DNA from: Haliotis cracherodii
Taxonomy: Eukaryota
DNA: 64,000 nucleotides
Assembly: GCF_022045235.1 (NCBI RefSeq)
Contig: NW_027266343.1
Location: forward strand, 2,728,001-2,792,000
Direction: 5' to 3'
Shown here: piece by piece, positions 54,321-64,000 of the stretch
Position numbering within the stretch: position 1 is the first letter of the stretch
Layout: each line of letters starts with the position of its first letter
Notes under the pieces: model-generated
What the model saw: the letters and a program-made list of their open reading frames with translations, nothing else
The model's database searches: none
What the model was told of the DNA's origin: nothing
Made by a program: the position numbers and the translations under genes

Positions 54321-57300
54321 CCAATGATACAACTTCAAAGATTTTTATGCAATTGTCAAAAGAAATTGTATCTGAAATTATTATTATATCAGGAATAATA
54401 TATTCCAATATCATGTTATTTTAGTTGCAGCTTCCACTATATATATAGTTCAAATGAGAAGAATCATATGCGTAGCACTTCGGTACAGGTGGTATGCAGA
54501 ATATTTTTTTACGCATGGAACAATTTGACCAGTCACTGTAGGAACTTCATGTGCTACATGTATTTCGCTTGTGAAAAAGTTATGTTGACATTTAACAGTC
54601 ACACTGCCTCAAATGTGACTTTAAGCGAGTCAGGGTACAGCATTTATGATATGTGTATCCATTCTCTTGCAACTTAAGTTTGTTTCAAGGCGTCAATAGC
54701 GGTAATCTGACCATGGTTGCTGTAAATAATGGTGAGTTGTGCGATCTACCGATTACTTTGGATACGACTTTGCCAAAATAATTATAAACATTATTATAAT
54801 TATTGAATGAAATTTTGAATATAATTAACAAAATATATTGCAAACATTAGTCCAGATAAACAATGAACAATTTGTTTATAACAAGATATTATAATAATAG
54901 GTTCAAATTGCATACTTCAGTTCGGATTTCTGATGTTACGTGATCGCGGTGATCAGCCTATAATTTTTTCTGCAATGGGGGAAAACATCATGTCATTGGA
55001 AAACTTGAGTTTATATCAGTAATTTTGAGGGGGGGGCATGCTTTACCATGCGCTAATACCGAGTTAGCACTATATTGAAGAGCGCAATAGCGAGGGAACA
55101 CTGCATCTTGGAATAAGTTCTGGTTTACATTGGATGACATCACATTGCCCAAAGTGTTTACAACTCCATCAATGACCAGATCACACAGCCTTTCAAGCCA
55201 GTTATCATAAATCAGGGGATAGTGTGAATAAGCACAGGACTTTCCCAACGATACTGAGGTAAGAAGTGGACTGCACTACTTAGGAGACAGGCTGCTGACT
55301 ATATTGGATTATCCCAGTACATTTGAACTTACTGGAATGAACATGGTCAAACAGCAGAATAACTTTAACCTGTGGCAGTACTTACAACCCTATAAGCCCT
55401 AGTCTTCAACTTACATGAAGATCAATTATGCTGAATAAACAAATTATTGGAATGACTCGTAGGATAGTATTGTCAGACACAATTATTTTGGACAGAAAAC
55501 CTGTGTATTTGGGGCAGATTTTGCATCTATTTGATATAGAATCTGTAGAGACTGAATCAGTAAGAATTAATATGAGGAAAATGGGGTTTAGGATTTCAAA
55601 GGTTCATCTGTCCCAAACATATCCCTCCAAATATTGAGAACGTACGTTGATTTTTGTTTTAACAGGACCCGCCAAAATAAAAACATTGTGAGATGCTGTA
55701 TTTGGTGTCGTAAATTTATTGACACACACGGCCTTCGTAATCGACGTATTTACATAAAATGGACATTGTCCCTTGACAGATCATATGTGTACAGAAGTTT
55801 ATACATTGACTGATTATCAGTCATGACCAAATATGCCTTATTTCTTTGTCAACATTTTGAACTAATGCCGGTGCGCAGAATGTAAACAACGTTTACAAAT
55901 GTTCATATAACAACAACAGATACCTTCGTCTTGACCATACATGGTTGATTATGTCCTTGAATATGTTATTGACTAAAATATCTAGAAGTTGGTTGATTTG
56001 GTCATATGATGACTCCGATATTGACAGATTATAAAGCCTCCTCCTCTAAAACCATCAGAGCTCCGCCATTGAAGCTGACGGAACTCTTCTATCGGAGAGT
56101 TACGAAAGTGTACTTCGACATGAAACCGGATCGACAGAAACCGAACCTGTTGAATATAAAACTTGAAAAGATAAACGGAATACGGATTTCGATAACTTTT
56201 TGTTCATTTATAGTTTTTTTCACAAGCAGATCGCCTATATATAGAATCAGAAGATTGTCAGTGTCAAGTGAAACAGGGTCTTGATTATATATCTTGATCC
56301 CCTCTCTCCCTGAAAATCAAATGGTTGCTCCTTAAAATCATAATGGCATTTTGCCTGTTGTCTATGTTTTGTCTTTGTGCATATTCATTTTTTGTTGTGT
56401 GATTAATCAAACAGTAAAATCCCTCTTCTGTTCATCAACACTAGCATCAATCACATTTTTATGTGACATTTTCAACATCTGCTGATGTGTGTTCGATCCC
56501 AGAATTGCTCTGATTATGATCTTTGGTTTGTGAGCACTATAACCCTGCTTGTTTGGTTTCACCAAAGTTGTAAACTTTAGCTGAGGTCAGTTTGGGCTTT
56601 TCATCCTCTTTTTCTATCTGACTTGCCTTGAGATAACCAAAACACTGTTGAGTGTGGCATCAAATGTAACTCACTCATTCATTCACTTCTATGGCAGTGT
56701 AATTTATTGTTAAACAATGATTGTAACTGCATTACATTGTTTCTGTTGAGATTCAGTTGAAGTTCATTGCATTGTATTTGGACAATTATTAGTTGTAAGG
56801 AATGTAGTACTATTTAATGTAAGCAGTGGTGACAAAGTTATTATATTTAGATGCTCAAATTATCTGCAGACTACCGGAATAGCAAACATGTGGCATATTC
56901 ATTGATGTTCTAGTGACACTGGAGTGTCCAAGCACTGTGTGAAAAGTGCTGGAAGCTGGTTAGACTATATAAATGTCTCATCTCACATTTCATCTGACAT
57001 TACATCAAGACCAGAGGTTGCGTGAAGATCACTTATCACCCTGGATTCCCAGCCTTGGCCTATCTTGGAAGCTTGACCATTGTCTCTGCTGGGTGAATAT
57101 ATTATTATCACTTACTTTGCTATCACCACTGTGTTTGTAATTTGATACTGACCACTGCCATCATATTTTATACTGCCATTGGGATATTGTAGTATGATTT
57201 TATTGTGTATTGCCATTGTAATTGCTGTGCAGTAGTTTGCATTGAAATGTAAACGTAGTATCATATTCCTGGCTGAGAAAATTTTAAAAAATGGATCACC

Positions 57301-57743
57301 CTGCAATGTCGCCTTTCTCAGACTGGTTTTGGCTGTAAATGCAATGCGTCACCTTTATGTGAGATACAGGTTTTTTTTGCCATCAGTTTCCTGACTAATC
57401 TATTTTTGATGACAGCAATATCATAAATTTCATTTGATTCCCACATGCACAGGTCATGGCGTATCAAATACAATATTTTGTGATTTCATAACCTGTATCA
57501 AACATATGGTTGCTCCTTTACCTTATCAGTCAGAAGATTTGCAGTGTTACTGAGTAGATGACATTTGGAACTAATATCATCACAAATCTGACTAAAGTCA
57601 CAAGGCTTTGTAGCTCATCTGAAATATGAAGAGTTAATGGTGTCCGTCTTCACAGTTGGATCAGAATTCTGCGGGTATGTTTAGAGAGACCAGAGTCATA
57701 GGCCTTGTAGTTTCAGAGAAGATGTCAAAATGCAAAAGTCAAT

Positions 57744-57766
57744 GACAGACAGACAGACAGACGTGC

Positions 57767-57850
<84 letters not shown>
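57744..57850. repeat. (GACA)n plus (GA)n microsatellite
   Basis: Read directly from the sequence. Confidence 0.97.
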
Positions 57851-57853
<3 letters not shown>

Positions 57854-57885
57854 GGCTAAGTGATAGCCAATTGACATACCATGCC

Positions 57886-58144
57886 GACCCGTGAAGATTC
57901 CGGGGTAGAATAGGTCTTCAGCAACCCATGCTTGCCGTAAAGGGTGACTATGCTTGGCGACTAAAAGGCGATTAACAGGATCGGGTGGTCAGGCTCGCAT
58001 GTCATCGATCCCAATTGCGTGGATCAATGCTCATGATATTAATCACTGGATTGTCTGGTCCAGACTCGATTATTTACAGACCGCCGTCATATAGCTGGAA
58101 TATTGCTGAGTGCGGCGTTAAACAACAAACCAACCAACCAACCA
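57886..58144 (+). mobile_element. Retroposon family C, full-length reference copy, inserted in a family D relic
   Basis: Perfect 12-bp TSD ACATACCATGCC (57874-57885 and 58145-58156); (CAAC/AAAC)n tail. A further partial copy lies at ~58365-58522. Confidence 0.92.
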
Positions 58145-59708
58145 ACATACCATGCCAGAGTTTAACATGGATATCCTACTTAGACACAGTATACTGACTC
58201 CAAGCCGAAATGCCAAACGCTAGATAGGGTAAAAACACAAACACAAGACACACATCACATCCTGATTCAGGACATGACATCCTGTGCTTCCTAACAACTG
58301 AACCTACCTGGCCGAGAAAAAACAACCAAATTGAAGTTGTTCTGATAAATATTGATAAAACTTTATACGCTTGCTGATTTGGTTGATGCATGTCATCATA
58401 TCCCAATTGCGTGGATTGATGCTGATGATGTCAATCACTGGAATGTCTGGTCCAGACTTGATTATTTACAGACCGCTGTCAAATAGCTGGAATATTGCTA
58501 AGTGCGGTGTTAAACAACAAACTTGCTACATAACTATTGGGAAATGCGGTATCAATTTCCCCAAGCTGAATAAAAAAATTGTTTTGAAATTGCAATGGGT
58601 AACAAAACAAATCAAGAAAAATATTCATTCACAGTTAAAAGGTCCGGAAGATGGGTTTTTTTATCCAATGCCATTTTTTTCAACCAATCAGATTGCAGCA
58701 CACTCTTCCCTTCATTCTGCATTAACAAATAAACAACAGAACAACTACTAGGTGAAGTTTATTGCTTATTGAAACTACTAATGCCAATACAGAACATGTA
58801 CAAAAGCATACATATTTTTACCAAAAATACTGCAAAAAATGCAAAAGAAACCTTTTCATGAGCACCATGAATCAATCAACCCAAAATGTTCCAGCTCGGT
58901 CCTCAAAGACCCAAAAACATCACCAACAACTTTTTGTATGCTTTAGTGACATATCCAACAAGATATAAAATACAGACTCCTTTAAAAAATAAGGAACCAA
59001 AACTACATAGATTCAAAGCAATCTAAATCTAGTATTGAAATCAAACATGACTACGTAAGCATATCAAGACAAAAGCTGGAAGACATCGTCTAAAAATAGT
59101 ATGTCTCTAACGTCAACGTATCTTGTATGTCACAACATACAATAAAGCGGTATGCGTATCTCAAAATGACTACAAAAGCCGATATATTTGTCATATCAAA
59201 ACATACATGTATGTCATACACATTTTATCAATGAAAATACACTGTATATTTTATGCATAAAAATAAAGTATACAAGCACATAATTCAAGCATGTTTAATG
59301 TTACTTTGCAACAAGGAGTATATTCAAATGCCAATCTCTTTGGTTTCGACATGCACATCAGAAATCATATATAGTGTGTCTGGTTATTTACACTTGTGCT
59401 TTCTTAAAGCTTTTGTCTGTGATATCTGTCCATACACTCTTAAAACTAGAGTGTTACAGATTAAAAACTTCATTGTCGCTGTCTCGGTGAGAGAGAGATA
59501 GTTGGTGTTTTTATGTGCGCTTTTCGACTTTATTCGTATTTCGCACACGGGCCAGCCAGGCCAATTAGTGGTCTCGGTGACATGGCGTACCAATAACTCC
59601 GAGACCATGCTACATCTGCCTCATGTCGTCAAGTTTGAATGTAATGCTGCAAGAAGTAGATTGATTACAATTGTCAAGTCTTTAAAAGGCATTTAGATGT
59701 GACAAACA

Positions 59709-60083
59709 TAAGGAAGAGAATCTATGGATGTCAACTTCTTTATTGTGAGGAACACGTTTCGGAGTATTAGCACCAACAATGATCAAAGCAATAAATCCCA
59801 GGGACTGGGCAGACAGGTAAGTAACACTGATAGGTAATGACAATGGAAGCCAAATAGATAATCAGCCCCGACATTGCTAATCACCTATCAGCGCCATTTA
59901 TCTGTTGACTTCTGTTGTTAAGTTTCCACCGTTGTTATGTTATTACTTTTATTGTTCTTACATGTACATATATATACTCTCTGTCTCATCTCATTCATTC
60001 ACCTGATGAAGGAGTAAGCATATACTCTGAAACGTAGTGTTCCTCACAATAAAGAAGTTGACATCCTTAAATTCTCTTCCTTA
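59709..60083 (+). mobile_element. Non-autonomous element with ~60-bp inverted termini and a CTGATGA..GAAA motif (Penelope-like relic?)
   Basis: TAAGGAAGAGAAT..GGATGTCAACTTCTTTATTGTGAGGAACAC..TTTCGGAGTAT is mirrored at the 3' end; homologous to 5780-6210. Confidence 0.65.
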
Positions 60084-60711
60084 ATTACATGTTTGCTACT
60101 CTGACTTAACATAGAACCCAATTGAGAATTACATTTTCCAAATTAATGGTATCTGTACAGGCACAATATAAATGACAGAAACAAGACTTTGTGTCTGAAT
60201 ACAACCACAGAACATCTTGTAACACAATGACCCCCCTCCACCCCACCCCACCCCCCCTGTCTTCATAGTCAGGAAAACATCATTTCAGCTAAGCCTTCAT
60301 TATTCATAAAACTTGAGCTATTCAAATTAATAATTTATATTCACTTGACCTATCCAATCCTAATAGCATAAAAACCTGAAATCTGTAACAGACAACAACT
60401 GTCGCGCTCAACATTGTGTCAAAACAAGCACAAAACTCATAACAATGTATACATAAACATATACATGATGTATACACAATATTCCATTAAAGCTGTAACA
60501 AACATATCAATTAAAGCATCTACACCACGAAATAATTAAAGCACATTTGACCAACTGCAGACAGGTATCATATTTACATGGCAATGGCCCATCAAAAGGG
60601 AACAGGATAAATGGTATTCCCACTGTAAACACCCATTTACTACAAAACATGCCCCTGCTGAAACAAACGGAATGGTCAGGGCCAAGGTCATAGCTGGAAG
60701 TACTGGACACT

Positions 60712-60883
60712 AACCAAGGTCAAGGCCAAGGTCATAATGGATGGGACACACACAAACCAAGGTCAAGGTCATAATGGATGGGACACGCACAAACCAAGGC
60801 CAAGGTCATAATGGATGTGACACACACAAACCAAGGCCAAGGTCATAATGGATGGGACACACACAAACCAAGGTCAAGGTCAT
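60712..60883. repeat. 37-bp minisatellite, ~4 copies
   Basis: Unit AAGGTCATAATGGATGGGACACACACAAACCAAGG(T/C)C. Confidence 0.88.
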
Positions 60884-60931
60884 TAACATCAGCCTTTGCA
60901 TACATATTGTTACATACCGGGTATCTTAAGA

Positions 60932-61187
60932 GTGAGTGAGTGAGTTGGGTTTAACGCCACTTTTAACAGTATTAAAGTTTTATCATGGCGTGTCAGCTTG
61001 ATGCGGGAGGAAAGCCCGAAGTGGTGCAGGTTTTAGACGTTTACCACTTCAGTGAAACCCACAAGCACGGATATGGTGCTGACAAACCTAAAAACATAAT
61101 CAGGGCGAACCGGGATTCAAACCCACAATAATAGGTTTCTGGCATGCCCAAGGGACGCAATTCGGCACAGCGAATTGCGGTGCCCCC
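60932..61187 (-). mobile_element. SINE family A
   Basis: 12-bp TSD GGTATCTTAAGA. Confidence 0.9.
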
Positions 61188-61699
61188 GGTATCTTAAGAT
61201 ACTGAACACAGTATTATTAGAAGAAAAGGTTTTCCACAAAGAAAGTTTTGTAAAGATCTGTTGCTTATTAGGTACTGACCTTTCCATATTTTTTGGAGTG
61301 GGAGTGGGGAGCTGGCATATATTTGAAACAAAAAAACAAAAAATAATCAGAATGTTTGTTTGCAGGACATGGTGATGTCCTGAAAAAAAATATGTTGTGA
61401 AAAAGAATTGTGGAGAAAAATATTGTGACACAAGTCTGGCCCCCATCTGCTGGCATATTGTTACATACTGGCCAGAAATATACTGATGACTTTCACTATG
61501 ACCGGAACTTGACGTGTCTCAGAGGGTGCCTTCATGGCCTGCCTCCCGAATCACTTTTGAGAATTTTGGATGAAAATCTAATATATTTTGACATCAAATA
61601 TATCAACACAGGTCGAAAAAAGTTTGTCACTCTGAGGTTTGCCAGTTTGGGATTATAAATGCTTTATTGTGTCCCACAGTAGCATCATTAGCGTTTGGA

Positions 61700-63968
61700 T
61701 AGGGTGGGTGGGTGGATGGTAAGATGGGGTGGGTTAGGAGGATGTGGCTGTGGAGGGGTGGGTTAGGAGGATGTGGCTGTGGAGGGGTGGGTTAGGAGGA
61801 TGTGGCTGTGGAGGGGTGGGTTAGGAGGACGTGGCTGGAGGGGTGGGTTAGGAGGATGTGGCTGTGGAGGGGTGGGTTAGGAGGATGTGGCTGTGGAGGG
61901 GTGGGTAGATGGTAAGATGGGGTGGGTTAGGAGGATGTGGCTGTGGAGGGGTGGGTTAGGAGGATGTGGCTGTGGAGGGGTGGGTTAGGAGGACGTGGCT
62001 GTGGAGGGGTGGGTTAGGAGGATGTGGCTGTGGAGGGGTGGGTTAGGAGGACGTGGCTGGAGGGGTGGGTTAGGAGGATGTGGCTGTGGAGGGGTGGGTT
62101 AGGAGGATGTGGCTGTGGAGGGGTGGGTTAGGAGGATGTGGCTGTGGAGGGGTGGGTTAGGAGGATGTGGCTGTGGAGGGGTGGGTTAGGAGGACGTGGC
62201 TGGAGGGGTGGGTTAGGAGGATGTGGCTGTGGAGGGGTGGGTTAGGAAGATGTGGCTGTGGAGGGGTGGGTTAGGAGGATGTGGCTGTGGAGGGGTGGGT
62301 TAGGAGGATGTGGCTGTGGAGGGGTGGGTTAGGAGGATGTGGCTGTGGAGGGGTGGGTTAGGAGGATGTGGCTGTGGAGGGGTGGGTTAGGAGGATGTGG
62401 CTGTGGAGGGGTGGGTTAGGAGGATGTGGCTGTGGAGGAGGGGGGTTAGGAGGATGTGGCTGTGGAGGGGTGGGTTAGAAGGATGTGGCTGTGGAGGGGT
62501 GGGTTAGGAGGATGTGGCTGTGGAGGGGTGGGTTAGAAGGATGAGGCTGTGGAGGGGTGGGTTAGGAAGATGTGGCTGGAGGGGTGGGTTAGGAAGATGT
62601 GGCTGTGGAGGGGTGGGTTAGGAGGATGTGGCTGTGAGGGGTGGGTTAGGAGGATGTGGCTGGAGGGGTGGGTTAGGAGGATGTGGCTGTGGAGGGGTGG
62701 GTTAGGAGGATGTGGCTGTGGAGGGGTGGGTAGATGGTAAGATGGGGTGGGTTAGAAGGATGAGGCTGTGGAGGGGTGGGTTAGGAAGATGTGGCTGGAG
62801 GGGTGGGTTAGGAGGATGTGGCTGTGGAGGGGTGGGTTAGGAGGATGTGGCTGTGGAGGGGTGGGTTAGGAGGATGTGGCTGTGGAGGGGTGGGTTAGGA
62901 GGACGTGGCTGGAGGGGTGGGTTAGGAGGATGTGGCTGTGGAGGGGTGGGTTAGGAAGATGTGGCTGTGGAGGGGTGGGTTAGGAGGATGTGGCTGTGGA
63001 GGGGTGGGTTAGGAGGATGTGGCTGTGGAGGGGTGGGTTAGGAGGATGTGGCTGTGGAGGGGTGGGTTAGGAGGATGTGGCTGTGGAGGGGTGGGTTAGG
63101 AGGATGTGGCTGTGGAGGGGTGGGTTAGGAGGATGTGGCTGTGGAGGAGGGGGGTTAGGAGGATGTGGCTGTGGAGGGGTGGGTTAGAAGGATGTGGCTG
63201 TGGAGGGGTGGGTTAGGAGGATGTGGCTGTGGAGGGGTGGGTTAGAAGGATGAGGCTGTGGAGGGGTGGGTTAGGAAGATGTGGCTGGAGGGGTGGGTTA
63301 GGAAGATGTGGCTGTGGAGGGGTGGGTTAGGAGGATGTGGCTGTGGAGGGGTGGGTTAGGAGGATGTGGCTGTGGAGGGGTGGGTTAGGAGGACGTGGCT
63401 GGAGGGGTGGGTTAGGAGGATGTGGCTGTGGAGGGGTGGGTTAGGAAGATGTGGCTGTGGAGGGGTGGGTTAGGAGGATGTGGCTGTGGAGGGGTGGGTT
63501 AGGAGGATGTGGCTGTGGAGGGGTGGGTTAGGAGGATGTGGCTGTGGAGGGGTGGGTTAGGAGGATGTGGCTGTGGAGGGGTGGGTTAGGAGGATGTGGC
63601 TGTGGAGGGGTGGGTTAGGAGGATGTGGCTGTGGAGGAGGGGGGTTAGGAGGATGTGGCTGTGGAGGGGTGGGTTAGAAGGATGTGGCTGTGGAGGGGTG
63701 GGTTAGGAGGATGTGGCTGTGGAGGGGTGGGTTAGAAGGATGAGGCTGTGGAGGGGTGGGTTAGGAAGATGTGGCTGGAGGGGTGGGTTAGGAAGATGTG
63801 GCTGTGGAGGGGTGGGTTAGGAGGATGTGGCTGTGAGGGGTGGGTTAGGAGGATGTGGCTGTGGAGGGGTGGGTCAGGAGGATGTGGCTGTGGAGGGGTG
63901 GGTTAGGAGGATGTGGCTGTGGAGGGGCGGGTAAGGAGGATGTGGCTGTGGAGGGGTGGGTAGATGGG
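61700..63968. repeat. 29-bp G-rich minisatellite, ~78 copies
   Basis: Unit GGAGGATGTGGCTGTGGAGGGGTGGGTTA with recurring variant blocks. Confidence 0.97.
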
Positions 63969-64000
63969 GCTACGGTGGATGGGATACATCAGGTTTCCTA

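Noticed and set aside
54988-55265. 86-aa - strand ORF and a strong + strand donor (GAG|GTAAGA at 55259)
   Set aside because: No recognisable protein, and the + frames contain stops. It could be a non-coding exon, but nothing supports that.
61700-63968. Telomere or interstitial telomeric array
   Set aside because: The unit is 29 bp with a single GGGTTAGG, not tandem TTAGGG.

Overview
Eukaryotic (animal) genomic DNA, probably a gastropod mollusc such as abalone; this is inferred only from the SINE repertoire. Two intron-rich genes converge. On the + strand are the 3' 23 coding exons of WDR11 (932..28512, 5' part outside the window). On the - strand is an essentially complete POLR2B/RPB2 (23 coding exons, 53434..34188, about 1169 aa, plus a possible tiny first exon at 54153-54159). 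Introns hold four SINE-like families (three share a 3' tail), hAT- and Tc1/mariner-type MITEs, Helentron-like and Penelope-like relics, and many minisatellites. Three observations stand out. (1) Minisatellites repeatedly start at, or are built from, 5' splice sites, giving arrays of tandem donors, one of them frame-preserving. (2) A retroposon family lacks a tRNA head and instead has a precisely defined 5' end that folds into a covarying, possibly pseudoknotted RNA structure (candidate ribozyme or cis-element). (3) An inverted MITE pair brackets a 528-nt in-frame exon block (candidate circRNA). All coordinates were read by eye, and repeat boundaries are approximate.
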